Source: a bacterium (GTDB lineage: Bacteria > Bdellovibrionota_C > UBA2361 > CALJRW01). From it: a DNA stretch of 64,000 nt. The translations under genes were made by a program, and so were the position numbers. Positions within the stretch are counted from its first letter, which is position 1; each line of letters opens with the position of its first letter. The notes beneath the pieces are model-generated. The model was not told where the DNA came from, ran no database searches, and worked only from the letters and a program-made list of their open reading frames with translations. Positions 30,634 through 40,387 of this stretch are shown piece after piece. The DNA lies in contig JANNBC010000006.1 in assembly GCA_031385045.1 (NCBI GenBank), positions 1 through 64,000 on the forward strand. The letters run 5' to 3'.

Positions 30634-30794
30634 CAAGACCTCTGCACAACATCAATTCATTGTGCGACTAAGCGTTATTTTAGCTTTTATTTTGTGGTGT
30701 TTTAGGATTCCGAATTGGAAGTTCTTAGAATGCCAGCGATAGATTGCTATAAATAATTTTTTAGTTTTTTATATTGTGCTGTGCAGAGGTCTTG
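30634..30794. mobile_element. 161-bp MITE-like element between tolB and pal
   Basis: 15-bp perfect terminal inverted repeats caagacctctgcaca / tgtgcagaggtcttg, extending imperfectly; non-coding interior. Confidence 0.7.
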
Positions 30795-30930
30795 TTTATT
30801 TAAGTTCAAATGCAAAAGAAGTAAGTAAGGCCTGTTGCCAAAGCTTTTGTCATAGCCCCATAAGACTATTAGAGTTTTTCGATAGTTTCTTCATGTACTT
30901 TTGCTGTTTTATTTTTTGGAGATTGGTAAA

Positions 30931-31368
30931 ATGTCTTTAACTAAGATTTTTAAATTGTTAATCGTTATATCTTTAGTAGTAACTACAGCTTGTAGTTCTA
31001 AAAAAGGTGATGCAAATGTTCCTTTCGGTAGCGAAGGTGGACCATTAGCTGATGTTAACTTCACTTATGATTCATACTCTATTGATGCTATAGCTAAATC
31101 AAAGATTGAAGGAAACGTAAGCTGGTTAAAAGAAAATGACTATTCTAAAGTAACTGTAGAAGGTCATTGTGATGAGCGTGGAACTAATGAGTACAACATG
31201 GCTCTTGGTTTGAAACGTGCTCGTGCAGCTTATGATGAGTTAGTTGGTGCTGGTGTACCTGCTGATAAATTAAGCATTGTTAGCTACGGTGAAGAACTTC
31301 CTTTAGATTCTTCTTCTAGCGAAGCTGGTTGGGCTAAAAACAGACGCGTTCATTTCAACGTTAAGTAA
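30931..31368 (+). CDS. pal: Peptidoglycan-associated lipoprotein Pal
   Basis: Lipobox TTAC; EGHCDERGTNEYNMALG..RA, SYGEE.P, NRRV. Confidence 0.95.
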   Translation: MSLTKIFKLLIVISLVVTTACSSKKGDANVPFGSEGGPLADVNFTYDSYSIDAIAKSKIEGNVSWLKENDYSKVTVEGHCDERGTNEYNMALGLKRARAAYDELVGAGVPADKLSIVSYGEELPLDSSSSEAGWAKNRRVHFNVK

Positions 31369-31381
31369 TTAGCACTACATT

Positions 31382-31409
31382 TAAGGTGTTAGCATGCGCT
31401 AACACCTTA
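31382..31409 (+). terminator. Hairpin after pal
   Basis: 12-bp perfect stem taaggtgttagc / gctaacacctta. Confidence 0.7.
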
Positions 31410-31686
31410 TCCTCCCTTTGGGCTCTCTAAGTTTATATCGCCCACACATCTCCTAAATATCTTCTTCCCATATTTTTTGTCATCTCCTAAGTTGCCAATA
31501 GTTTATAAATAACTTTATAATACTTAAAATTGTTTTGCTGTAATTTTGGTTTTTGGTCAATTTAGAGTGAAACTAGATAGAGTTCCAAAACTTATTTCCT
31601 TAAGTGGAGATTACTTCTTTGGTTTACTATATTTTGAGTGTTAAATTTACCACTCCGCTTAGCTACTTTATTTTCATGGATAATTA

Positions 31687-32463
31687 ATGTTCTTAAGAAT
31701 TCTCCCTTTCTGCCTTCTTCTAGTTGCCTGTTCCAGTCAATCTCCTAACCTAAATGATGGCCGTATTGCAACTATCAATGAACAAGTGATGGTTCAAACG
31801 GATCGCATTGTAGAGTTAGAAAGAATGATTACTGAGCTTAATCAGCGTGTTGAGAAAGTTGAGTTTATTTATCTAGAAAAGCGAGATCGAATTGTTGCTG
31901 AAAAACAATCGGCAACAATAGAGGCACCAATGGTTGCTCAACTTGCTTCTCCAGAGGAGAATTTACAACAAAGTGTAACAACGGAATCACCCTACTTAAA
32001 TACTAAAATTGCCAATCGCACATCAGCAATTGTTCCCTTAGCTGTTATGGAAGAAGACCGAGCCAGCTTAAGTACGCTTGATGTTAATAGTATTGAATCT
32101 AAAAATTTTGAATTTGCATTTGCCCATTTGGAACAAAATCAGTTTGCCAATGCTTGGAGAGCATTAGAGGAGTTAACGGGTGTTAGCTTAAATTCTAGTT
32201 GGCAAGCAAAATTAATATTTTGGAAAGCAATTTGTTTTGAGGCAATGCATGAAGAGAAAAAGGCGGTTAGTCTTTACAATGAACTACAAGCAAACTTTCA
32301 TAAAGAAGAACGTGCTCCGTTGGCATTGTTAAGACAAGCCTCGCTATTCTTAAGATTAAATGAGAAGGATCTTAGTAAACTAACACTACAAAAGTTGGTT
32401 AAGGATTATCCTCGAAGTAAGGAAGCACTTCAAGCTCAGAGTCGTTTAAAAGAAATGAGATAA
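31687..32463 (+). CDS. cpoB: CpoB/YbgF-like coiled-coil + TPR lipoprotein
   Basis: Lipobox LVAC, coiled coil, C-terminal TPR (APLALLR...LVKDYP.S..A..A); follows pal. Confidence 0.75.
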   Translation: MFLRILPFCLLLVACSSQSPNLNDGRIATINEQVMVQTDRIVELERMITELNQRVEKVEFIYLEKRDRIVAEKQSATIEAPMVAQLASPEENLQQSVTTESPYLNTKIANRTSAIVPLAVMEEDRASLSTLDVNSIESKNFEFAFAHLEQNQFANAWRALEELTGVSLNSSWQAKLIFWKAICFEAMHEEKKAVSLYNELQANFHKEERAPLALLRQASLFLRLNEKDLSKLTLQKLVKDYPRSKEALQAQSRLKEMR

Positions 32464-32467
32464 ATTT

Positions 32468-33394
32468 GTGACTAAATTGATTCGGGGCTTTGCCGAGCTC
32501 CCTGCAAGGCCCGAAGTTGTTGCAACAATTGGTAAGTTTGATGGATTGCATCTTGGGCACCAACAGATTTTAAATCAGATGCAGGGAGTTAAAAGTAAGA
32601 CTGGAGCTAAGTCGCTTGTAATTTCTTTCTATTCCAATCCAGCAAGTTATTTTAAGCCTAATTTACCGAAGAAACGAATCACTAGCTTGCGTGAACAATT
32701 AATTATTTTAGGTAAATTTTCCGTTGATTACCTCTTACTACTTCGTTTTAATCAAAGGTTAATGGAAATTTCGGCAGAGGTATTTCTAGAAGAATTTCTT
32801 TTTAAAAAGCTAAATGTGCAAGAGCTGATTGTTGGCAGAGATGCTGTCTTAGGTAAGGATCGGGAGGGAGATGTTGAATATCTGAAAAAAAAATTTAGTA
32901 GCACCGAAAAGAAGCTTAGCGTTTGTAGCTTTACGGAAAAAGATGGAGTTAAGATATCTTCTAGCTTATTAAGAACTTCGATTATTGAAGGTGATTTAGA
33001 GCTTTATGAAAATCTTACGAATCGTAAATATTCATTAACTGGTCTAGTAGTCTCTGGGCAAAAACTTGCTCGTAGCCTGGGATTTCCAACTGCAAATTTA
33101 AAGTATTCACGACTTCATCTTCCACCGACAGGTGTTTATGCTACCAAAGTAACGCTAGCTGGTAAGGAGTACCTAGGCATTACTAACATTGGATTTCGGC
33201 CAACTGTTATTGCCTTTGCCGATCATCCCCAAATTGAGACATATCTGATTGGATATCAAGGAGCTGATTTTTATAATCAGATAATTAAGCTAGAATTTTT
33301 AAGTTATATCAGGCCAGAGCAGAAGTTTGCCAGTCTCTTAGAATTAACTGAGCAAATCAAAGTGGATCTTGAAACAAGGCTTAAACTCAGCTAG
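32468..33394 (+). CDS. ribF: Bifunctional riboflavin kinase / FAD synthetase
   Basis: IGKFDGLHLGH, ISSS, LGFPTAN, NIGFRPT, IRPEQKF. Confidence 0.95.
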   Translation: MTKLIRGFAELPARPEVVATIGKFDGLHLGHQQILNQMQGVKSKTGAKSLVISFYSNPASYFKPNLPKKRITSLREQLIILGKFSVDYLLLLRFNQRLMEISAEVFLEEFLFKKLNVQELIVGRDAVLGKDREGDVEYLKKKFSSTEKKLSVCSFTEKDGVKISSSLLRTSIIEGDLELYENLTNRKYSLTGLVVSGQKLARSLGFPTANLKYSRLHLPPTGVYATKVTLAGKEYLGITNIGFRPTVIAFADHPQIETYLIGYQGADFYNQIIKLEFLSYIRPEQKFASLLELTEQIKVDLETRLKLS

Positions 33395-33426
33395 ATTATC
33401 CGATAGCATTTTTTTACCAATTCACC

Positions 33427-36162
33427 ATGGACAGCAATATTAGTAGTAATGAATTTGGCCCTAATCAGGGTTATATCAACGAGCTTTTTACACTTTATCA
33501 AATTGACCCAGAGCTTGTATCAGCGGATTGGCGACAATATTTTTCTAGGTATCAAGTTAATACAACAGAAGTTCAAGGACGGATTAACTTAAGTCAAACT
33601 GAAGACTGGAGATTACAAGAATCGGTCTTTAGGTATGTTGATGCTTTTAGAAAATATGGACATCTTAAAGCAGAAATTAATCCCTTAGCTCTAGGCATCG
33701 TGCCTCTACCAAGTATCTATCAGCTAGATAATAATTTCTATAATTTTACAGAAGAGCAGTTAAATCAGGAAGTACTTTGCTATCACTTTCAAAACAAGCA
33801 AAGTATGATCTTGAAAGATTTGATCAAAGAATTACACCGAGTATATTCTGGAAGTATCGGCTTTGAATATGAACATATTTTAGATCCAGATCGACGTTAT
33901 TGGTTAAGAGAGCGAATTGAGGATCGGCTTAACACTCAAGCTTTAACAATTGACGAATCAATCGCGCGCTTGAAAGATTTAATCGATGCTGAGGTCTTTG
34001 AAGATCAACTTCATAAAAAATATATTGGTCAAAAACGTTTTTCTTTAGAAGGTGGTGAGACATTAATTCCAGTTATTAAGACAATCATCAACGAAGCTTG
34101 TGGAAGTGATGTTCATGAAATCGTTTTGGGAATGGCACACCGTGGGAGACTTAATGTTTTAAGAAATATCCTTGGAAAACCTTTACAAGAGATCTTTTTT
34201 GAGTTTGAAGATAAAAATCCCAATGCCGTGATTGGTTCTGGTGATGTTAAATATCATTTAGGTTTTGAGTCAACTTTTTGTAATGCTAAAAAAGAAGAAG
34301 TGCAGCTATCATTAGCGCCAAATCCATCACACTTAGAGTTTGTTTATCCTGTTATCGAGGGAATGTGTCGTGCTAAGCAGGATTTAAATTATCAGCGTGA
34401 TCGAAAATCAGTACTGCCATTAGCACTTCATGGTGATGCTGCCTTTATTGGTCAAGGAGTTGTAGCTGAGACACTTAACTTTGCTAATGTTTCAGGGTAC
34501 TGCACGGGCGGGACAATCCACTTAGTAATTAATAATCAAATCGGATTTACTACGACTCCAGATGAGTCAAGATCTAGTGTTTACTGCACATCATTTGCCA
34601 ATGCTATTGAAGCTCCAGTGCTGCATGTTAATGCAGAGGATGTTGAGGCTGCTTGTTGGGCAGCTAAGCTAGCATTAGATTATCGTAATACATTTGGTCA
34701 AGATATCGTGCTGGATCTTTATTGTTACCGTAAGTATGGACATAATGAAGGTGATGATCCGAATTTCACGCAACCGCTGCTGTATCAGGGGATTAAGCAG
34801 AAGAAATTAATTTCCGAGTATTTCTTAGATTCTTTAACCAAAGATCATAAGTTAACTGCTCAGCAAATCATTGATTATCGCACTCAAATAATTGCCGATT
34901 TTGATCGTGAGCAGTCAGCCTTGCGACTTCCTCGAGTGAATGGCGATGCTTGTCCGATGCATGGGCGTCTGCGTTCATATCCTGTAGCTCAAGATATTTC
35001 TAAAGAAAAATTTCAAGAAGTATTAACTGCCGTTACTAACTTTCCTAAAAATTTTACTGTCTACCCAAAGCTTGATGCGATCCTAAAGAAGCGTGCTGAT
35101 ATCTTTGATGCCGAGCAGGGAGTAGACTGGGGTATGGCAGAAATCCTTGCTTATGGAACATTAATTCAAGATGGGATTAACGTTCGCCTAAGTGGTCAAG
35201 ATTGTGGTCGCGGTACATTTAGTCATCGGCATCTAATGTTAAATGACTCTAAGACTGGAGCACATTATTTAAGTGTGGAACCACTGATTAATCAATATCA
35301 TACTGATCTTGATGTACTTAACAGTACATTGTCGGAGACAGGTATTCTTGCTTTCGAATTCGGATATTCAACAGTTGCTTTAAACTCTCTTGTCATCTGG
35401 GAAGCGCAGTTTGGGGATTTTGGTAATGGTGCGCAAGTTATCATTGATCAGTTTATTGCTTCCTCTGAACAAAAGTGGAATCAGCTTTCTGGGATTGTAT
35501 TATTATTACCTCACGGCTTTGAAGGACAGGGGCCAGAGCATTCCTCTGCTCGTTTAGAACGTTACCTGCAACTTTGTGCCGACGGTAATATGGTAGTTTT
35601 CTATCCGACAACTACTTCACAGATCTTTCATTTGCTCCGAGCTCAAGCGATGTCCTCAATTAAGCGACCATTGGTAATTATGAGTCCCAAGAGTTTATTG
35701 CGTTCACCAAGTGCCAGCTCAAAGTGGGAACAGTTAGCTCAGGGAAGTTTTGAAACAATTTTTGTCAATAATTTTCCAGCTAAAAAAACTCGTAAGAAAA
35801 AGCAGTTAGTTTTTACAACTGGAAAGATTTACTATGATCTGGAGAAAGCTCTGCTGGCCAGAGAAGATCTGACTGTACAAGTAATTCGAGTGGAGCAACT
35901 GTATCCATTTCCACAGTTTGAAATCAAAAAAGCGATCAAAGACTTTGAATATACTGAATGTATTTGGATTCAAGAGGAACCACTTAATATGGGTGCTTGG
36001 CTCTATATTGAACCATATCTTCGAACTAAGCTTGATTTGGCCGTGACTTATATTGGTCGAGAAACTAGTGCTAGCCCAGCAACGGGTTCTCCGCGTCGTC
36101 ATGAATTTGAGCAAAAAGGCTTAATCTCAGAATTATTAGTTTGTTTAGAAGAGAATATCTAG
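33427..36162 (+). CDS. sucA: 2-oxoglutarate dehydrogenase E1
   Basis: KRFSLEGGE, GMAHRGRLN, NPSHLE, HGDAAF, WEAQFGDF, GPEHSSARLER. Confidence 0.96.
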   Translation: MDSNISSNEFGPNQGYINELFTLYQIDPELVSADWRQYFSRYQVNTTEVQGRINLSQTEDWRLQESVFRYVDAFRKYGHLKAEINPLALGIVPLPSIYQLDNNFYNFTEEQLNQEVLCYHFQNKQSMILKDLIKELHRVYSGSIGFEYEHILDPDRRYWLRERIEDRLNTQALTIDESIARLKDLIDAEVFEDQLHKKYIGQKRFSLEGGETLIPVIKTIINEACGSDVHEIVLGMAHRGRLNVLRNILGKPLQEIFFEFEDKNPNAVIGSGDVKYHLGFESTFCNAKKEEVQLSLAPNPSHLEFVYPVIEGMCRAKQDLNYQRDRKSVLPLALHGDAAFIGQGVVAETLNFANVSGYCTGGTIHLVINNQIGFTTTPDESRSSVYCTSFANAIEAPVLHVNAEDVEAACWAAKLALDYRNTFGQDIVLDLYCYRKYGHNEGDDPNFTQPLLYQGIKQKKLISEYFLDSLTKDHKLTAQQIIDYRTQIIADFDREQSALRLPRVNGDACPMHGRLRSYPVAQDISKEKFQEVLTAVTNFPKNFTVYPKLDAILKKRADIFDAEQGVDWGMAEILAYGTLIQDGINVRLSGQDCGRGTFSHRHLMLNDSKTGAHYLSVEPLINQYHTDLDVLNSTLSETGILAFEFGYSTVALNSLVIWEAQFGDFGNGAQVIIDQFIASSEQKWNQLSGIVLLLPHGFEGQGPEHSSARLERYLQLCADGNMVVFYPTTTSQIFHLLRAQAMSSIKRPLVIMSPKSLLRSPSASSKWEQLAQGSFETIFVNNFPAKKTRKKKQLVFTTGKIYYDLEKALLAREDLTVQVIRVEQLYPFPQFEIKKAIKDFEYTECIWIQEEPLNMGAWLYIEPYLRTKLDLAVTYIGRETSASPATGSPRRHEFEQKGLISELLVCLEENI

Positions 36163-36169
36163 AAAGCGG

Positions 36170-37219
36170 ATGAAGGAAATACGTACAATCTTAAATCGAA
36201 CAGGCTTAATTTCAGAATCAGAAATAATTGATATTCAATCTTTGGCAGGGGATGCTTCTAGTAAGCAGTTCTATCGTGTGTTGCTTAGAAATAAAGATTT
36301 TCGAAGTTTAATCCTGCTAAAATTAGTAGCAGCCAGTGGTCCTTTGCACACTGGTCAGACCATGACCCAAGATTTAGCTTTTCGTGAAATTGGTGATTAC
36401 TTAAGAGTAAATAATTTACCCGTACCAAAGCTTTATTGGTTTGATGGGGAATTGGGTTATGGGTTGGAGGAAGACTTGGGCGATAACCTATTAGCAAATT
36501 ATCTTAATCCTAATTTTATTGACTCAGTTAAATTACAATACTTCCAAAGGGCCACTACCCTAATCCCGCTGATTCAAAATTTACCTAACGATGGTCAGAC
36601 AATAATTTATAAAAGATTTTTTGCTGAAGAAAATTACCGTCAAGAAAGTAATCGTTTCCTAGAGTTTTATGCCGAACCAGGAACCCTAACTAATTCTGAG
36701 CAAGATTTAATTCGTGAAATGATTTCGCAATTGGCACGCTCAATCCCAACTCATCCCCAAGTTCCAATTTTCCGAGATTTAATGGCTTGGAACATTATGA
36801 TTGATGCCGAGGATCAATTACGACTAGTTGATTTTCAAGATCTCATTATTGGTTCTTATTCCTATGATTTGCTTTCTTTACTTCATGACCGAGATACCGA
36901 CTTTGCCTTGGGAGAGGAGATTCTGACGCAGTTATTTAAAAACTATCTAAAGGTAAATAATTTACCAGAAGTTTTTATTAAACATTATCTGGAATGTTTA
37001 CTACAACGGCATTTACGCTTAGCCGGACAATTTATCAACTTAACAAATCGAACTGGACGTAATTGTTACGCTTCTTGGGTACCTGGTAGCATGTACCGAA
37101 TTGGTCGGGCATTAGCCACGTTTAAAGATTGGCCAGAAGTTTTTAGTCAGTGCTTGCCAATCTTTTTAAAACTTAGCCCTGACTTTGAGAATGGTTATGC
37201 AAAACCCTACAACTTTTGA
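36170..37219 (+). CDS. APH-family phosphotransferase, AmgK (anomeric MurNAc/GlcNAc kinase)-like
   Basis: LAGDASSKQFYR, EDLGD, RD...NIM, DFQD, YDLLSLL.D, LQRHLRLAGQF. Confidence 0.75.
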   Translation: MKEIRTILNRTGLISESEIIDIQSLAGDASSKQFYRVLLRNKDFRSLILLKLVAASGPLHTGQTMTQDLAFREIGDYLRVNNLPVPKLYWFDGELGYGLEEDLGDNLLANYLNPNFIDSVKLQYFQRATTLIPLIQNLPNDGQTIIYKRFFAEENYRQESNRFLEFYAEPGTLTNSEQDLIREMISQLARSIPTHPQVPIFRDLMAWNIMIDAEDQLRLVDFQDLIIGSYSYDLLSLLHDRDTDFALGEEILTQLFKNYLKVNNLPEVFIKHYLECLLQRHLRLAGQFINLTNRTGRNCYASWVPGSMYRIGRALATFKDWPEVFSQCLPIFLKLSPDFENGYAKPYNF

Positions 37220-37796
37220 AATTAATTGTTTAACAGTAAAGCCTAGTTGGGCAGATTTTTTTCAATTAGAATCCTTTCCCTTAACTTATGGCTGGAACTT
37301 AAAAGGTCAGTTAGCACCACAAGCTTATTTAGCAATGTCCAAAAAACAATTGTTTTTTGGATTAAAAGTTTTTACAACACCAAATTATAACGCAGATCTT
37401 ACAGTCGGTCAGTTTCAAGAAGGTTTATGGAATCAGGATGTAGCGGAGCTATTTATTGTTGATAATAATCTTCGTGCTTATCAAGAAATTAACTTGGCTC
37501 CCTCGGGTGCTTATTGGTCAAATTACTTTACAGATTATCGAAAGCCATTAAACAATAAGTATATTGATTTGCGACCACAAGATTTTTTTAAGGAAACAAC
37601 GGAAACTTCTTGGACTGTTGGAATGGCATTAGATCTTTCTAAATTTTCAGTAAAAATAAATCCTAATAATATGCGCTTAAATGTGACAGCAATTAGTAAT
37701 AGCCCTGAGCCTAGTTATTATAGCTTAGCCAAAACTAAAAGCGTCAAGCCCGACTTTCATGCGATTGTTGGTGGCAATGCTTTTTTAGTCAGCTAA
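37197..37796 (+). CDS. DOMON-like / CBM9-like domain protein
   Basis: LW..DVAELF, YQEINLAPSG.Y...F.DYR, terminal PDFH motif. Confidence 0.65.
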   Translation: MQNPTTFEINCLTVKPSWADFFQLESFPLTYGWNLKGQLAPQAYLAMSKKQLFFGLKVFTTPNYNADLTVGQFQEGLWNQDVAELFIVDNNLRAYQEINLAPSGAYWSNYFTDYRKPLNNKYIDLRPQDFFKETTETSWTVGMALDLSKFSVKINPNNMRLNVTAISNSPEPSYYSLAKTKSVKPDFHAIVGGNAFLVS

Positions 37797-38515
37797 TTGC
37801 GAAAATATTGATTGGCCTTAGCCAAGTCTTCTGGTGTACCAATATCAATCCAATAGCTTTCACCAATATCAAGTCCACGAATAATTTTTTGTTCCTTAAT
37901 TGCTAATAACATTAAATTAAAGATACTAAATTTATTTGGTAACTTTGCAAAATATGAAAAAATCTTTGTACTAAAAACCGTCATGCAATTAAAATCATAG
38001 GGCAGGAGGTTGTTTTCTTCACTATAAACCTCACGGTAATTTGTAGTTTTTACTTCCCATCCAGCAAACTTCATTTCGGGCGTAAACCATAGAAAGCGAG
38101 GACTTTTATTCTTAGAAACAGCCATTGTTGCCAGTGATTTGTTTAGCTCTTGCTCCCTAATCAACTTCAGTAAATCAAAATCTGTTAAGACATCGCAATT
38201 ATGCAATAAAAAACTCTCCGAATCTTTTAGCAAGTTTTGAGCTTTCTTAATTGCTCCGCCAGTATCTAGTAACTCAGGTTCGTAAGAATAGGTAAATTTA
38301 CAGGCATAGTTTTGAGACTCAATGTAATCTTTAATCTGTTGAGGGTAGTAATGTAAATTCACAATAATTTCATTAATCCCAGCCTTATTTATTTTTCTAA
38401 TGACATGATCAATTACTGGGCGACCAGCAACTTCGACTAAGGCTTTTGGTTTATTGGCAGTTATTTCTTGTAAACGACTGCCGAGACCTGCAGCCAAAAT
38501 CATCGCTTTTTTCAT
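37793..38515 (-). CDS. Nucleotidyltransferase, MurU (MurNAc-1-P uridylyltransferase)-like
   Basis: KAMILAAGLGSRL...PKAL, NLHY, E.ELLDTGG, NCD, WIDIGT; single domain. Confidence 0.8.
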   Translation of the reverse strand: MKKAMILAAGLGSRLQEITANKPKALVEVAGRPVIDHVIRKINKAGINEIIVNLHYYPQQIKDYIESQNYACKFTYSYEPELLDTGGAIKKAQNLLKDSESFLLHNCDVLTDFDLLKLIREQELNKSLATMAVSKNKSPRFLWFTPEMKFAGWEVKTTNYREVYSEENNLLPYDFNCMTVFSTKIFSYFAKLPNKFSIFNLMLLAIKEQKIIRGLDIGESYWIDIGTPEDLAKANQYFRN

Positions 38516-40215
38516 TGATCTTTTTTCTTTTCCAAATTGCGACCCTGTTTTAGTTCCCAGAAAACCAGATATTTGAGAAAGGTATAGTAGCTTTCTAAGA
38601 TGGCCACAAAAAGCCCCACAAGTCCTTCCCGGTAGCCTTTCTTTAAAATATAAAATTTAAAGAATCTAAAAATAGGATTTAAGATCACATTATATAAGCG
38701 AAAAGGTTTACCATCTTTGTAGAGAGATCTGGCCATCATTAGGGCATGTTTCTGAAGGCTGGCAATTTGATGCTCCACATTCTTGTAAGTATAGTGAAAA
38801 ATATGACCATCTAGTTTTTTAATCTTGCCTTTAGTTAAAGCTTTTTCATGAGGATCATTTCCTCCCCATTTGATGTATTCCTTTTGAAAAAATCTTAGAC
38901 GATACTCCGGGTACCAGCCACCTTTGTCCCACCAACGATCAAAGTAGTAAATTAGTCGGGAGATATTATATGCTTGAGCATTAGATTTTTTACGGGTCAA
39001 GATTTCAATTAATTGTGAGCGGAGCACCATTGATACTTCTTCATCGGAGTCAATATTTAAAACCCAAGAGTTCTTACATTGGTCTAGAGCAAACTGTTTT
39101 TGATCTCTGTTTCCAGTCCAATCTCGATGATAAATATTATCGGTATATTCCTTGGCGATCTCTAAAGTACGATCTTTAGATCCACTATCAACAACAACAA
39201 TTTCATCACACCAAGCAATGCTTTTTAGGGCCCGTTTAATATTTCTTTCTTCATCACAGCAGATAATGAAAGCTGAGAGTTTTTTACGAAGTAATGGGTT
39301 AAGTTCGTCTGGGATTGTTTGGAAGCAATTATTAGCAACCACTTCCGGAGTTGGATTTCTATCTAATGAAATTACTTGAAGCTTACTATTAAAAGGAACC
39401 CAACGTCTTGGGTGCATGGAAAGTTTTTCTGGATACAGTGCAATCCCTGGGCAATCTGCGACTGCTGCTAAGTGTGTAACTCCAGTAGAAGTTCCAATAT
39501 AATAACTAGCCTTATTTAAGAAACCTAGAAGCTCTGGGAAATTTCCAAATTTTCGAACAACGATATTTTCAATGCCATAGTTTTGGAGTAAAATTTCCTC
39601 TTCTAATTTACTCTCTGCTGGGCCAAGTAGGAAAATAATTTTCTTTTCTGGAAACCTTTTGCTAAGTAAGCGGCCACAGATTAGCCAGTTTTCTAAGCTC
39701 CAACCGACAGCCGAAACGGTAACGCTGGGCATTAACACCATAAAATCAGAAAATTCTTGATATTCAACAACTTCTTTAAAGTCGTTTAAGTTTAATGACT
39801 CTTCAAGGGGAGAGTAGCGTAACTCTGGATCAACTAGACTTACTAGTTGCCAGTTATATTCGGCTTCATTCATTAGCGCCTTGGAGCGTCGTATATAGCG
39901 ACTTGTAGTATAGAGAAGAGAATGGATTCGAGCGGAGTTACCAATTCGTCTTTTAATACCACAATTATAAAACTTAGCCGCGTGTTTATACTTGGCCATT
40001 AAATCTACAACAACATCAAAATCAATGGAGTTGAGGGATTCTTCAGTTGAAACAATCCCAGTTACAAAACTAACATTTTCTACTAGTTTCCTAGTATATT
40101 CAGCTATATGCATGTAAATATTAGCTTCCGGTAGGAGCTTTTTTAGTTGTTTGGCGGCATGCAATGCTAAAATAACATCACCAATTTTATCTGGTCGGGA
40201 GATTAAAACATTCAT
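38512..40215 (-). CDS. Fused GT9 (heptosyltransferase-like) + GT2 (KdtX/WaaE-like) LPS core glycosyltransferase
   Basis: N-terminal RPDKIGDV and STGVTHLAA; C-terminal DEERNI, VVDSGSKDRT, IDSDE, HE motifs. Confidence 0.85.
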   Translation of the reverse strand: MNVLISRPDKIGDVILALHAAKQLKKLLPEANIYMHIAEYTRKLVENVSFVTGIVSTEESLNSIDFDVVVDLMAKYKHAAKFYNCGIKRRIGNSARIHSLLYTTSRYIRRSKALMNEAEYNWQLVSLVDPELRYSPLEESLNLNDFKEVVEYQEFSDFMVLMPSVTVSAVGWSLENWLICGRLLSKRFPEKKIIFLLGPAESKLEEEILLQNYGIENIVVRKFGNFPELLGFLNKASYYIGTSTGVTHLAAVADCPGIALYPEKLSMHPRRWVPFNSKLQVISLDRNPTPEVVANNCFQTIPDELNPLLRKKLSAFIICCDEERNIKRALKSIAWCDEIVVVDSGSKDRTLEIAKEYTDNIYHRDWTGNRDQKQFALDQCKNSWVLNIDSDEEVSMVLRSQLIEILTRKKSNAQAYNISRLIYYFDRWWDKGGWYPEYRLRFFQKEYIKWGGNDPHEKALTKGKIKKLDGHIFHYTYKNVEHQIASLQKHALMMARSLYKDGKPFRLYNVILNPIFRFFKFYILKKGYREGLVGLFVAILESYYTFLKYLVFWELKQGRNLEKKKDQ

Positions 40216-40387
40216 AGAGTAATCAAACTAAGCGCTTTTTAAATGTGCTAAGTATTGATAAAATAAGACCAGATGTCAAAGCAACAAATTATGCTATTTT
40301 GGCATCAGTTTTATGTAAATGAGCATCATATTTCTAGATTTAAGCACTGGTTGTGCTGACAGGTTCTAATTAATAGTTAGGTTAAAT

